Assembly: GCA_013239625.1 (NCBI GenBank)
Contig: MU053561.1
Span: 5,129,214 to 5,193,213 of the forward strand
DNA: 64,000 nucleotides
DNA from: Lama guanicoe
Taxonomy: Eukaryota
Direction: 5' to 3'
Positions 42,690-58,479 of this stretch are shown in pieces (position 1 is the first letter of the stretch; the number at the start of each line of letters is the position of its first letter). Both the position numbers and the translations under genes were made by a program. Under the pieces are notes generated by a model, which was not told where the DNA came from, did not search any database, and worked only from the letters and a program-made list of their open reading frames with translations.

Positions 42690-44280
42690 CTCTTTCTCCA
42701 AAAACCCCAGTCCAGCTCACCAGTGTCTCTCACTGCTGCAAGAGCTTCCTCACTGGCATTCCTCCTTTCATTCTAGCCCCATTCTCCATCTGTTGCTTTT
42801 AAAAATATGTGTCAGATCATATCACTGCCCTACACTGAAGCACTCCAGTACGTTCCCGTTACACTTAGACAAAAACCCAAAGTTCTTGCTTTGACCTGGA
42901 GGTCACATCTGCTCTGACTCCTGCCTCCCTCTCTGAGCTCATCTCCCTTCTCCTCTGCTGACACACGCTGTTCTTGATGATCCTTGGGTACAGAGCTCAT
43001 TCCCATCACGTGGTCTTGGCGCTGATCCCATCCCCAGGTCTTCACCTGGCCAGGTCCTTTTTGTCTCTTAGGTCTCAAGTGTCAGTCCCACAGAGGCACT
43101 TCCCTGACCCGCATCTGAACTGCTTCCCACTCCCATTAGCCAGTTTTATTTTCTTCTTAACACAGATCACTCTCTGATACTTATTTACATATATCGCCTG
43201 TCTCTCTCCTTTAGAATGTAAGTTCCACGAGGGCTGGACATTTTCTGTCTTATTCTACTTTATATCCCCAATGTCTAGTGGGCATTCAATAAATATTTGT
43301 TGAATGAAGGAAGGTATGGGCACTAAAAAGGATAGTTGCAAGTTATAGAAATCATATTTATAAAGTAGCTGCCAAACTCAACAGTCAATGGTTGCCAGCT
43401 CCTTGAGGGCTACAAATTCTGCTTTATTCCCTGTTTGAGAGAAATATTACTTATTGAGGAAGGATTGCCTAAAGAATGTGCAGTCCATCCATTCCTCCAG
43501 ATACATTCATTTAGTCATTCAACCAGTATTTATCATTAAGAACCTGCTGAATGTTCTAGACAGTAGGGACGAAATAAGAGACCCTAGAAAAGTCCTGGAG
43601 TTTGCCTTCTAATACAGTGAGGCACACACTAACCTCAATAAGCACGTGACATAGTATGGCAAGTGCTCAATGGAGAAAAAGAAAAAGGAAGGAAAAGAGG
43701 GAGGGGCAGGAGGGGTGGCTGTAATTTTAAATAAGATGATGAAGAACAGCCTCACTGAGCAAAACCTTGAAGGCGGTGAAGGAACCACGTGGGTATCTTG
43801 GTTGGAAAAGATTGTAGGGAGATGGGAGGAAATGAGGTGAGCACTTACCAGGCACATTGGAGTAACTGCAGGAGGTCAGAGTGCCTGGAGTGCAGTAAGT
43901 GAAGGGTGGGAGGGGAGTAGGAGATGAGGGGACAGATCATGGGGGCCACAGAAACCACTGTGAGAACTTTGGTTTTTATTCTGAGTGAGCTGGAAAACCA
44001 CTGGAGGCTTTGAGCAGAGCAGCGACATGATATGATTTATATCCTGCCTGCTGTGGGGACTGTACTTGTGTACTTGGAGGGCAGGGGGACAATGCTAGAA
44101 GCTGGGAGAACATCACAGAGGCTATTGAATAATGCAGACAAGACACAGAAGTTGCTTGGACAAGGGTGGTAACACTGAAGATGGCAAAAGGAAATAAGAT
44201 TCAGGACATGTTTCAAGGTACAATCAATAGAATTTACTGACAGATGGTTACAAGGGTGGGAGGGGAAAGCAAAGAGACAG
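42690..44280. mobile_element. Two LINE-2 remnants in opposite orientation; further L2 pieces at about 11300-12000, 26100-27440, 29570-31150, 36250-37240, 50850-51450 and 55700-56800
   Basis: L2 3' signature gaatgtaagttccacgagggc...cattcaataaatatttgttgaatgaa and its reverse-complement form cattcatttagtcattcaaccagtattt. Confidence 0.65.
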
Positions 44281-44383
44281 GGAGAATAGGAAATCAAGCC
44301 TACTAAAGGAACATAATAGGATTGCTCAGCAGTATGGAAGGCCATTCTGATCTATGAAATCCTGAATTTAAAATGAAACCAGT

Positions 44384-44561
44384 GGAGGGTATAGCTCAGT
44401 GGTAGAGTGCATGCTTAGTATGCATAAGGTCCTGGGTTCAATCCTCAGTACTTCCACTAAAATAAATGAATAAGTAAATAAACAAACCTAATTATCTCCT
44501 CCCTCCAAAAAATTAAAAAGAATTCATCTAATCTGATTTTAGAAATAAATAAAATAAAATG
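44384..44561 (+). mobile_element. tRNA-Ala-derived SINE (Vic-1-like)
   Basis: Same head sequence; 13-bp TSD aaatgaaaccagt at 44371-44383 and 44562-44574. Confidence 0.9.
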
Positions 44562-44974
44562 AAATGAAACCAGTCAGCCTTGTTAAGTAGTTTTTTCAAC
44601 AACATCTAGCTGCTCCAGTGCAGGCAAAGAGTGAATAGATAGTATATTTATACAGAATTGGAGTTTTTCAAGGCAAATTTGTGTAAGAGAGATCAAAGGA
44701 GTGAAATTCTATTGATGGATCATGGGGTGCAGTCCAGTCAACTTGGGAAGTGATGCTCAGAGAGGGCTATAAACAGTTAAACATTGGCAATGAAAGTACT
44801 GTAGCAAATAAGCTGAGATTTCAAATGTACAATTTTTGGTAACGACAGGGTGATGAGGTAGAGGGAGACAAGGTCTTTGGAGATGAGTGGATCAAAGAAA
44901 TTGAGAGGCCAGTGTGTTGAAATCATCCAGAAAGAAGACAGAGATCGGAAGGAGGCATTGAACACGTCGAGATG

Positions 44975-45360
44975 TGGGGAGAGTGGCGCTTCCTTCCTGC
45001 CCTTTCCCACATACCCTGCCCTGTGCATTTCTTCCCTCTGACTGTTCCTGAGTTACACCCTTTAATAATAAGCTGACAATCCAGTAAGTAGAATGTTTCT
45101 CTGCGTTCTGTGAGCTGCTCTGGCAAACTAATTGAAACCAAGAAGGAGGTCATTGGAATCTCCCATCTGTAATGGTCAGGCAGATGCACAGATGCTAACC
45201 TGGACTTGTGACTGGCGTCTGAAGTGGTACAGGGCAGTCTTGTAAGACTGAAACCTTAATCTGTGTGATCTGATGCAACCTCTGAGTAGACAGTGTCAGA
45301 ATTGAGTTGAGTTATAGGACACCCAGCTGGTGTTGGACCACTGTTGGTTGGCAGGGGAAT
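44975..45360 (+). mobile_element. MER21-like LTR fragment
   Basis: cccttcccacataccctgccctgtgcatttcttcc...gttctgtgagctgctctggcaaactaattgaa...gacagtgtcagaattgagttgagttataggacacccagctggtgt; family recognised from memory. Confidence 0.7.
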
Positions 45361-47467
45361 CCCTGGTCCTAATTTAGGAATTGGGTGCTCCAGCCTTTTA
45401 GCGGGTTTCCTCCAAACTTTATGTCCCTGACTCCCTAAGGACCAGGAGTCTGGTCTCACCCTGATGCTTTGTTTCCACAGAGCCTTATTAGTAGGGTGAG
45501 TGAGTTCGACCCAGTTTTCTTGGTTCCTTAAAAGCATACCTTTCACTGAGCACAATAAGGGTGAGGTTGTAGCACTGGGAACAAAATTCATCCTCCACTC
45601 CCCAAAGTTACTGTAAATTGATGGAAGGAGTCAGGACTGGTTAGCAGGCTATAATACAGTTATGGGGTTTTTTGTTGTTATTGTTTGCTTGTTTGTTTTT
45701 AGTTTCGACATTTTATTTAACCCAATGTGTCCAAGATATTTAAGCCTGTGTGCCCAAATTATATTTTTAAAATTATTTATTTTACAATCCTTTTTTTTCC
45801 CAGCTTCATTGAGATATAGTCGACATATAACATTGTGTAAGTTTAAGCTGTACAACATGATCATTTGATATATGTATATATTATGAAATGATTACCACAA
45901 TAAGGCTAATTAACATATTACAATAGTGTTTTAAATATGTGTATATTGCAAGGGAAAGACTAACCCAAGGCTAGTCAGAAGTTTTGTATGATTGAAAGAT
46001 GATTCAGTAAGCTATCTGTTTAGGAAAAGAACCGAGTCCAAGATTTTGGGAACTTTCTGTGATCCAGTGGGTCAAGGACGTGTTCAAAGAAGAGAGTGAC
46101 TCAGGAATGAGAAAGTCAAGGTGGAAGGGTATATCTAAATAAAAGCATTGTGGTCAAAATAAAGACAAGCTTTACTATTCTGAGGATGAGAATCTCCCAC
46201 AAGCAGTTGTAGATACAGATAATCCTAAGGGCAAGCAGAATCATCCCCTACTGATGTAGGTGGGATGTCCTGAGGAAGAGACAGAGGAGGGGTTGGGAGG
46301 CGGGAAGCACCACAAATCCAAGACAAAAATGGCTTGTGGTGATGGTTAGGGATGGTGAGAAGTGGGAAGCAGGTAACAGACTGACAGCTACTCACTAGTG
46401 ATAGCATCAAAGATATGTGCACATGGACCCCCAGATGGAATTTCTCCTGCTTAAGAACCACTCCAAGAATGCAGAGAACACTGTCTCCCTGGGAGTGGAC
46501 TTGAGATAGAGTATCCAGATCTAAATCCCTCTTCTTGAACAAACAGACTCACTTATCTTCTATTTCCTACCACAAAGGGCAGTCTGGGTCAGGAGTATGA
46601 GATGGTCCCCCAAGGCCAGCCAGGCTGATCTCCTTCTCTAAAGGGACTCAAATCGGCGCTGTCAGTCTCCTTGTGGAAAAGTACAAGTTTTCCGGCAGAT
46701 CATGAAACAAATAACTAATTGATCTCTAGGGAACTTCCTTTCTCCCAGTAACTTCAAGCGTAATTGCAAGATCTTCATAGATTTATGGGGTCATCCTTAG
46801 ATTCTAAAAATAAATTAAATTGGTTTCTTAATAATATATGCAAGGCAGCAATTTTATGAGTTTTGAGAAATCAAATCAGACAACAGCCAATCTCTATTAT
46901 AAGAAGCCAGACAAATTTAGTTCAGAATAGCATGGAGTCTTCCCATTTTTAACACCCAGACGTGCCACCAACAACTAAATTCCTCAAAGCCCTTTGCCTC
47001 TACTGCCCTATCTGAATTCACATAGCTCCCGCTTCAAGGAATACGTGTGACACAGCACGTGCTGAGACTGGACAGGTTCCCTTGTGCTGGAAGATAACAG
47101 CCATCTGGGGCCCTTGTCCTAAAGAGCAACCTTATCTCTCCCAGCCACCTTAGGGCAGTGCAGAAGTGAGACAGCTAGGGGCTCCAGACGAAGTCAGGCT
47201 AAGCCTCACCCACACAGCTTAGTAAATATTTATTAACGTGGCACACAGGATGGTTTTCCATGTATTCACAGGTACCATTCTAATAGCATCATTTAAACTT
47301 AATGACTCTTCAGGTATTTTAATGCTATCCTCTTCTGCAGAAAGGATGGCAAGGAAATCTTTCTGGAGGGCAACTGGGCACAATCTGCATCGGGAACTTA
47401 AAACAGTCGTCCTACTTCCAGTAGTTTACTCCAAGAAAATAAACAAAAATACCATGATACAATACCA

Positions 47468-47473
47468 TTTATT
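47468..47473 (-). terminator. Candidate DCLRE1B polyadenylation signal (AATAAA); a second one lies at 47229-47234
   Basis: TTTATT on the plus strand about 2.1 kb past the stop codon, followed on the minus strand by a U/GU-rich tract (gtatttttgtttattttc). Confidence 0.55.
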
Positions 47474-49546
47474 GTAATATGTATAATGGTGAGAAAAAGG
47501 GCATACAAAATGCTGACTAAAATGAAAATCATCTAATTAAGGTATACCCATCTGATAGCGAATTATACAACGATTAAAAATGACATTTTGAATATTTAAT
47601 GACATGAGAAAATGCTTAAGATATTAAGAAAGTAAAATGCAGGATATAAAACTACATACAGTAACCCCAATTTGGAAAAAAATTTATATATTTAGTGTAT
47701 TTACATCCACAGAAAAAGACTAGAAGAAAACTATGGACTGACATAGAGGAATTATAACTGATATTTTTCTTCTTTACATTTTATGTATTTTCCAGTTTCT
47801 CATTTTATATAGAGAATAATTTCTTTTTAAAGAACCAGAGGCTAGGAGAACCAATACTCAAAATGCCCACCATGTAGTAGGCACTGAGCTAGGAGTTTTA
47901 CCCATTAACTAACCTCCCTGGCAATCAGGAGAGGTAGGTGTCTCAGTACGGTTCACAGATGAGAAAGCAAGGCTCTGCTCTTGAATCAGGGTATCTCTAT
48001 TTGCCCAGGGTTCCCTGGGTTGAAGCCCAGGACAATGCCCATGTTTCCTGCTGCCCCACCTGCCTCACCTGCTCCGGCTCCTAGCGGGCCCACGGCGGGG
48101 CTTACAGCGAATGTCACTGACAAAGCAGAGCTGTGTACAGCTTGCCCAAGAGGAAGGCCTTATTTTGCTTTCTAAACTCTTCATATCTTCAGAAGTGGAG
48201 GTCGTTTTTTTTTTTTTTTCTTCCTGGACAAGAAACAGGGGCTTCTTCATTGTAAAGGCTTGAGGCTCCCTTCTGAAACAGTTTTTATCCATGTGCCGGG
48301 CTCTGCATGCCTGTGCCCTGTCTCTGAGACTGTGGTATCTGCTGTCCTGCTTATTGGTCTGGCATCTTGTCAGGCTGCGAGCAGAAGGACAGGGCAGCAC
48401 TGCACACCCCCACCCCTTCCACCAGCTGGCTCCTTGGTCTCTGCCCTGGATACTAAAACAAACAGGCTGTGTCCTCTGGCTCCCTACTCAACCCCGAGGT
48501 GGAGGGGAGGATACTGGGGCAGGGGGGAGGGCAGCAAATATCTCAGCTATGTGAACAATCAGGACTGTCTGGCAGCACATTTGATCTTTTGTAACCTTAC
48601 TGCAGCCAAATGGGGCCTTCCGGCGTCTGGGGGGCCCATCGTACCCTAAGCCTAATGTTCGGCTGGGTTCCAGATACTGCCCTGGCCAGGGGGGGTGCCC
48701 AATCCCCCAGCTGGCTCTGTGCCAGGGAGGTCCCCAGGGACACAAACTGCAAACTGTCATGGAGGCAGAGGTGTTCTCCACTGTTCCAAGGATCATCACT
48801 TCCTGTTCCCTCTCAGACGCAGAGAAAGGAAGTGACTTCGATGCTGTCACAGCAAGTCAGTGACCTTCAGGATTGGAATGTGCTGCCTGGGTCATCATTT
48901 TATCCTCCAGCCCCACAGCTCCTAAACTGAAAAACAGAACTATCTAGGGACTTTTATCTAGAAAGAGATAGAAGGGGCCATTGGGAATGGCTCACAACAC
49001 ACAAAACAGCAAAGGGAATAACCTGGTCCTTTTTGATCAGACTTTTTCTCTTTCTGCAGTCACAGAAGACTACACGTCCAAAAAGTGTGGAGAAATTCTG
49101 GAGTAAACAAAGTTAAACAGATTAAGTTACTGCACGACTTCTCAGAAACTTTAAAAGTACCTCTTTCTTTTGTTCTTCAAGTAACACAAACCATTTCAAA
49201 ATAGAAGAATACAATACACGAGGCAGGCCTCTCAAGTTATATGCTTTTAGAGAAAGGTCATATTCTTGAAGCAGCTTTGCAATGCACAGAGCAATATGCT
49301 CAGATATCCTATAAATAGGTTATAATGAAAAGTGGAAAAAAAAGTGCTTCTTAAATATAGTCAATTATGAAACTATAATTTTATAAAATTATAAGGATTC
49401 CATAGGTATTAAGAGGCCAATGAACACATTTTGAGAACTCTTTGTTACAGGATGAGCCCATAAGAATCCTGCCAACACAAAAAAGTAAGGCTCCAAATAA
49501 GCCATCAGCCACTATCTTCAAAACTGGTGTTGGATCAAACAAGGTG

Positions 49547-50628
49547 TCATTGCATACTCTCCTGTCGGTACTCAGGCAAGAGTTTATGGTATTTTTCTGC
49601 TTGCTGGTCAAAGCCCCTGGAAGAGAACCCTGCCTGGAGAAATTTCACTGGAGTCAGAAGGTATTTTAGTGCCAGGCCCCTGACCTCGGGAGCCAGAAGA
49701 GAGGCAGCCTTGCTGCTCTGAGACAGGGAAGAATCCTGGTCCATCCAGGCTCTCTGGTTCCCTGTGGCTGTTGAGTCCTCATTGTCTTCCTTGCCTATCA
49801 AGTAGGGCCCTCCACCGATTTCCTCTCCAGTTTCCAGGGAGAGAAATTCCTCATCTTTAGACCTTAAGTGCACTGAAAACCCCGAAGGGGCAGTCAATAC
49901 AGTCCCCGTCTTCTGGGACTCAGTGGAGGGGACTGCCCCCTCCCATTCTTTGCTGCAGACGTCTGGGAACCACTGTTTCTTGATCTGCAAAGGATGGTGG
50001 GAGCGCTGCTTTGCAAGGTCCCCAGAAAGGTTCTCATTCTTGGTCTTTTTTGAGTCCGGGTCAGTTTGAGAGTGGTCTGCATTTTCCTCAAGTGATTCAA
50101 ACATGACACCCTGGGTTCTCAGTTTCCTTAGCTTCCTTTCTAACAACAACCAGAGACAACTTGGTTTTCTAGAGGAGGAACTCATGTACTGCTGCACAGA
50201 GTCTGGAATTAGGGGCACAGAGAGCCTGGGGCTCAGGCTGTCCTGAAAGTAGTCCCTACAGGGTTGTCGACTGACAATGGGCACCACCTGGCAAGGCTTC
50301 AGTGCCGTGACAAAGGCACGCAGCTCAGAGTAGGAGGAATGGTCAGAGTAAGGGATGATGTGGATATTGGGGTGGGAGCGGTAGATTTTCCGACTGGTGG
50401 GGAGGATAGCAATGGTGGGGTGGGTCTGGTTCCAGCGCAGCATGGCAGAATAGCAGATTTCCATATGGTCCACGGCATGGATGCGGCCAGCCTTCTCCTC
50501 CACCGTGAACACATCTGCCAGGCCCAGCAGCTGCACCAACTCCAGGCGCCGGGGACTCAAAACCACCCAAGTCCGAAACTCCAGGGCCAGCTGCTCCAGC
50601 AGTGACTCTTTCCCCAGGCTATAGAGTC
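49547..50628 (-). CDS. DCLRE1B: DCLRE1B coding exon 4: beta-CASP region, C-terminal tail with TRF2-binding YLLTP motif, stop codon
   Basis: attcag|GACTCTAT (GLYSLGKE); [11 protein letters not shown] motif; [10 protein letters not shown] with YLLTP at 49649-49663; 1082 nt; total CDS 1620 nt = 539 aa. Confidence 0.96.
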
Positions 50629-52606
50629 CTGAATAATGTTAAGGGGTTGAAGGAAAGGAAGAGAAGGAAGAGAATGAAGCTATCGGGGAAACCAAATAAA
50701 TCAACCAAAATTTAACAAAAACACACAAAATTAATGGTTGTTATGGCCTCCCTGATTGTATAGCAGTAAGGAGGTGGCATTTGAGCTGAGCTATACAGAG
50801 GATGGGGTAGAAGGGAGTTTAACATAGAAGATACTCATTCATTCAGCTCAACAAAGAAAAGCATCTATCAAGTGTTAGGCACTGTGAAAACCAACAAAAA
50901 GCCTCAGTCCTCAAGGAGTGTCATCTACAGGGGGACCCAGAAACAATGCATGTTCGAGACATGCACACGGTATTAGGAAGGCACAGAAAAGTAAACACCA
51001 GTTGATGGAGTTACGGAAAGTTTCCTGAAAATGACAACCTAGCCAAGTCCTAAACGATGGGTCCCAGTTAACCTGGCAAAGGAAGGGGATGGTAGAGAAC
51101 ATTTTAAGAGGGGTCATTTCCGTATTACTAAGGTACAAAGAAACTGGTAAGGCACTAGAGAGGTGAGCTAGGGCCATATACTAGGGGGCCTTGTATGTAC
51201 TGCTGGGGAGCTTGGATTTAATTCTGGAAGTGAAAGCGAGCCATTGAAGAGTCTGAAGCAGGAAAATGGCTAGTTCTAATCATAGGATTCAGGTGATCAG
51301 AGCAGGGCTTCAGGACAAAAATGTGGCAGCAGTGTTATTCCACGGCCTGGATGAGAAGATGCTGAGAGCAGAAGTGCCAATTAGAAAACCCAAACAGTAC
51401 TTACCCAGAAAGAAATGGAGAACTGAGTTTGGGTAATGGTTGTGGTGACAGATATAGGAGGTACTATTTAATAGTTGTTCTCAGACCTTTTCTGAAGGTG
51501 TATTTCACCAGACTGTGAACTCCTTCAAAGAACCTTTATTTCTTTTATATCCACCTTATTCCCCATCATGGTTCAAAACCTCACTCTTTGGGCACAAACG
51601 TAGGTCCTTTACGATGAGTGTGTATGAGAGTGTAAACCCTCATATTTTGTTCATCTTTCTATTCCAACTGCCTGTCAGAATATTAAGCACATAGTAAGGG
51701 CTTACTGTATATTTGCAAATTAACCAAGCCCTACTATAGTACCCTCCTACCCAGCTGTGCTTCTCTGGGAAAACGCTGCATTGAAAACTCCAAGAAGAGT
51801 GAGGACCGATAATTCTTCATGAGTAGTCAAGCAATCCTGAGAGGGAATATCTCTCCATCAACTTGGTCGTCACTCTGGAAGGCATAGAGTTTTTTTTCAA
51901 AGCCTTTGTTTAAAACTGTTTTGAAACTCATTTCAGAGTTGGGGCATATCCTTTGAAAATATTCAGCATGATGGCAAATCTTTTTCCTTTTGTGGACTTA
52001 CTACAATTTTGGAAACAATCAAAAAAGTCTTTTGGAATTAAATCTATTATAGTTTTAAAAAGAAAAACTGGTTTTCATAAACTATCACAAAAGACAATTC
52101 CAAGAGTCTCAAAATGTTTTAGACTGTTGTGGAGTCACTAGAACAAGGAGACAGCTGGTTTTTCAATGTATCTAATTTCAAGCACTACACTCATTTGAAT
52201 ATCTACATTCTGATAAATTTCATTCACTGATATAATAAATATTTATTGAATGCCTCTCTCAGGCATTAATCGAGGCATTTGGGATAATCCACAAGTGAAA
52301 CAAAGAGACTGTCTATTACGAAACTTACATTCTAGCAGAGGAAGACAGATAAAAACTAAATACAATAAATATGTAAATTATGGACTATATTGTAAGGTGA
52401 TAAAAATACAATGGTGTCCCTCTCCTACTTGAAATCCTTCAATATGGTTGCACTTAGGGTCAGTTCAAAATGTCTTACAAGCACTTTGGGCCCTCCTACC
52501 TTTCCAGCAGCCTCACCCACTGTGCGCCTCTCACACTGGTTGCTGCTTCTTTGTTCTACAAACACGTAAGACTTCTTCCCACCTCCATCCACGCTCTCAA
52601 GGAATT

Positions 52607-52652
52607 TGTGTGTATGTATGTGTGTGTGTGTGTGCATGCGTGTATGTGTGTG
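52607..52652. repeat. Imperfect (TG)n microsatellite
   Basis: Read directly. Confidence 0.9.
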
Positions 52653-52956
52653 GCAGGGGAAGTGGGACAGACAGTCAACAACAAAGCAACAGCATATTAA
52701 AACATAAATGGGGTACATAGGAAGTTGACGAGTGCTATGAGAAAACGAACAAGTTGAACTGACATAGGGGATCAGGAGTTGGGAATGTGGGAGTAGGGAT
52801 GCGGGCAGATTACAATTTTAAATAAGGTGGTCAGGGTAAGTTTCTTGGAGAAAAGGAGATGTGCACAAAGAAAGATGTGAGAACCTCCCCCCCTCCCAAG
52901 AACCTAGATTCACCAGCTCCAACTGAGTGAGAGAAAAAGGAAAGGAAACCCCTCAC

Positions 52957-53139
52957 CAATTTTTATGTTATGTAGTGGGTACTTTCGAATGAGCTCAATA
53001 ATCTGGCGGGTAGCTTCTTGTTGGGAAGGAAGAACCAGGGCTGGATTGCAATTGGTATTGTCTAGGTATAAGGTGTGGATCTGTTTCCCCTGCCTCAGAG
53101 CTGGCTCCTTTAGCATGGATGGTGTGTACCGAAAATCAC
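52957..53139 (-). CDS. DCLRE1B: DCLRE1B coding exon 3 ([10 protein letters not shown]...LYLDNTNC...NIKI)
   Basis: ttccag|GTGATT ... AAAATTG|gtgagg; 183 nt; TGDFR and YLDNT motifs. Confidence 0.97.
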
Positions 53140-53414
53140 CTGGAAGAAGAATATATGGGGGGCAGAGAGTCAGGCAAAAGTATGGAAGATCAGATTCTCC
53201 CAACTCCAAGAACAGATGAGCATTTGCTTACTGGCTTGTGGGAAAACTGGAGTCTGGCAATGAATTAGTGTAGTAGAGCTTCTTTGTGGAAATGTCTTTA
53301 TCACGCTCCTGTTTTTTCGTTACTCTTTATGAGGTTATACCCTTAAAGGGTGGGAAATCAGTTGAGAAAGGGTCACCGTGCTCATATGGCATGAAGATCT
53401 TCAGACTTCTATTA

Positions 53415-53642
<228 letters not shown>

Positions 53643-53802
53643 CTAAGGAAACAGTTGGGTATCCCATAGAACACAGGCTCCTCTCCCTGATACCTTCCTG
53701 GATCAGAAGCTGTAATGGGGATTCCCAATCCTTCCTTTCTCCTTCCACTCTCTGCCCCACCCTTTGTATAAGTTAAAATTAAGAGTTCAAAAAACAAGTC
53801 TA

Positions 53803-54006
53803 CTCAGCAATTCTCAAACTTTCCTGATCGTAATAACCCTTTTGGAGGGGACATTGGTGAAAAATTTTTTTCCAACCACATTTCCAGGACCTGCACCTGG
53901 AATGTCTACTGAATCAGATGGGGGGTGCAGGAGGTGCTAGAGAATCTGTGTTTCACTCAGTACATTAGGTGGATTCTTATTATGAGTCAGGTTTGGGAAA
54001 CACTGG
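53803..54006. mobile_element. MER5-like hAT MITE; similar copies at about 56083-56267 and 61630-61840
   Basis: cagcaattctcaaactt ... gaatctgtgttt ... gtttgggaaacactg termini. Confidence 0.6.
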
Positions 54007-54265
54007 CCCAGCTTATGTGAAAAGGTAGGAACAGTTTCCCTGGATGAACTGAAAGATCTCCCCAACTTACCGTTGAAACATCCCAAGTAAGCCAGTTGGA
54101 AGACACACTCCTATTCTGTGCTAATGATGCATTTCTGGGTTCAAACTCCCGCATTTGTAAAAACCGGTCCTCCTGGCCCCTACTCTATGACTCCAAGGCT
54201 GTGACAGATCCGAAGTCCCCACCCAGACGCCGGGACCAACTCTCGACGGCCACTCCAGCCCCTCA

Positions 54266-55469
<1,204 letters not shown>

Positions 55470-56849
55470 TAACTCCCACATTGCCGTCCCCACCAGGGCC
55501 CTCTACCCCTGGCCGCTCTGAAAGAGCGAATGAACTTTCATACACGGCAGTTGTCTAATTTGGTTTTTCTGCTCCTTTGGAGTGTCATCTCCCTTGTGGG
55601 ACATGTTTTACTTATTTGACTCAGATGGGTGGTTTCATCCATATCTCGAACTTGTACTGCTGACTTCCAGATCTCTAATATGTTTAGCACAGACCTCCTT
55701 TTTTATCGTGAGACCCACATATCCTACTGCCTTGACATTTCCACCTGCATATTTCTTCAAAGACATGCAAAATAGCACCTGCAGCCTTACCCCCTCCCCA
55801 AACCTGCTCTTCCGCTTGTATTTGCGTTGGTGAATGTCACCACCCAGCTGACCAAGTGTGGGAGTCAGTCCTACTGGCTCCTGATCTCCACTGCTCAGGT
55901 CAGATGGTATGGGTTCATAGTTCTAAATATCCATCCTTTTTTGTTTTTTTTTTTTTTAGTTGGCACTGCTGTTCTGGTTTCCTTACTAAAGCAATTGCAA
56001 TAGCTTAGAAGTAGGTCACCTTGGCTGCTCATTTCAGTCAGAATGATTTCCAACATCTGAATTTGACAATGTAACTCTTGCCTATAGTTGTGAATCACAA
56101 ACTTTAGTGTGCACCAAAGTCCCTTAGGTTGTTTTTGAAGAAAACGTAAATTTTTCATCCAGTGCAGTAATTCTGATTTCAGTAGGGTGGGATGGAAGCA
56201 CGGAATCTGCGTTTTAAACAGACATCCCATCTAATTTCTCTAGGAGATCACAGTTTGAGAAACAGTGATTTACAGCATAGTGTCCAAATTTCTTATAGCA
56301 CCCAAGGAACACCCAGTTAACTACCTGCAAATTCTCAAAAGAATGTACAGTTCCTGCTCATGTCCTTAGGCCTCGTAGCATGTGTTATTACCTCTCTACT
56401 ATACCTGCCTGAGCTCCTGCACATTCAGCTAAAGTATTACTTCCTCTGTGGAAACAATGTATGACCTTCTGGCAGTATGACCCACTGATCCTCACTGCAC
56501 CTTATCTGTTACTTCTGTTATAATACTTATCTATCTTTCTGTAATTAGTGGTGTTCTTGTCTCACTCGTTGGTAGACTTTGAGTTCCTAGAGATCTGAGA
56601 CCTTGCCTTCTTCAAGATTATGACTCCAGGACATACCTGTGGAATGTACAAGCTGAATTTCACTGGAACGTACTAGGAATTCAATAAGTATTTGTTGAAT
56701 GACTAGAAGAACGTTTATTGCAGGCCCATGGTATGAGGTATTGTGTGGTAGGACAGGCAAGGTAGACTTGGTTGCTTCCCTTCAAGAGATCACAATCTAG
56801 TTGGATATCCAGGACACATATAAGTAAAATACTTTCTGTTGTTGGTTAG

Positions 56850-57119
<270 letters not shown>

Positions 57120-57464
57120 TGAGCACACCTTCCCTGCCAGTATCTCGTGGCTGATGAGTTCATGTGGCCATGGGGCAGGTTTTTAATGATGACAATTTAT
57201 TTGAGCTTCATAATACTGGGGGAAACACTATTATAACCTGCACTTATGTTTTTGGCCATTGCTTTGGTTTAAAAAACAATATATATGATTTCATTAAGGG
57301 ATTTTTCTATCCTTACTATAGGTGAAATAATTAAAGATTTCTAAATATGTATGTTATTATTATTATTATAAAGTTTTCTAAATATATATATTATTTCACT
57401 TATTTATTTACTGCTGCCTGTGCAGCATTATTCTACATGAAAAGTCCAGTGAGCTCCTTTTTAA

Positions 57465-57670
57465 AAAAATTATATTTTTTATTGACGTGTAGTTGATTTA
57501 CAATGTTAGTTTCAGGTGTACAGCAAAACAATCAGTTATACATATACACACATACATAAATTTTTTCAGATTCTTTTCCATTATAAGTTATTACAAGAAG
57601 TTGAAAAAATTGAATATAATTCCCTGTGCTATACAGTTGGTTTTTATTGTCTATCTATTTTGTATAAAGT
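57465..57670 (-). mobile_element. LINE-1 3' end fragment in AP4B1 intron 2
   Basis: tagttgatttacaatgttagtttcaggtgtacagc...ttccctgtgctatacagt is the reverse complement of the same L1 3' end. Confidence 0.75.
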
Positions 57671-57817
57671 GAGGCTATTTAAGTTTGGCAGCAGCTTTCT
57701 CCAGTTTGTTGGAGAAGAATCCGACGGATGCATATTCAAGCATCACTAAACCCCCTGTTAAATGGATCAGGGCTAAATTATGTCAGAACTAGTATTTCAG
57801 GATCTGGCTGACTCTAG

Positions 57818-57985
<168 letters not shown>

Positions 57986-58331
57986 TGATCAATATTTAAT
58001 TGTGTTTCCAGTTTTATGTTTGTAAAAGATTATGTAGCTTTGGTAGAAAATAATACCATGCCTCTATTTCTGTATGTCTCTTTTAAGAAGGATGCAGGGC
58101 TTGGTATTTTCTGTGATTAGAGAAGTCCTTTCTTTGGGGGCACAGGTGAGAACCTTTGTAATAGTAACTTAGAAAAGTCTGGAAATGGCAACTTTTTTTG
58201 CCTTGCACTTTGTTATTGCCATTATTATTTTTGTACCAGAGAAGTTCAGCTTCGTCTACTTAGAGCTGTGACTGGCTCTATCCCTGTGACTGAAGCCTTT
58301 CTTTATCTGAGATCTTTGTTCTCTTTTATAG

Positions 58332-58479
58332 ATGGTGCCCTGGTAAATGAATTATATAGTTTGCTACGTGACCAGGATCCAATTGTGGTTGTAAACTGCT
58401 TGAGGTCTCTGGAGGAAATTCTGAAACAGGAAGGAGGTGTTGTCATCAATAGGCCCATCGCCCACCATCTCTTAAATCG
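58332..58479 (+). CDS. AP4B1: AP4B1 coding exon 4 ([24 protein letters not shown]...HLLN)
   Basis: tttatag|ATGGTG ... AATCG|gtttgg; 148 nt. Confidence 0.95.

Noticed and set aside
35200..47200. Possible additional gene or lncRNA between HIPK1 and DCLRE1B
   Set aside because: The region is dominated by L1, L2, LTR and SINE remnants, and its ORFs are short and repeat-derived. A divergent lncRNA cannot be excluded but is not demonstrable here.
47981..48930. Cluster of 60-130 aa ORFs on both strands
   Set aside because: They lie within the inferred DCLRE1B 3'UTR and show no domain or splice-supported structure.
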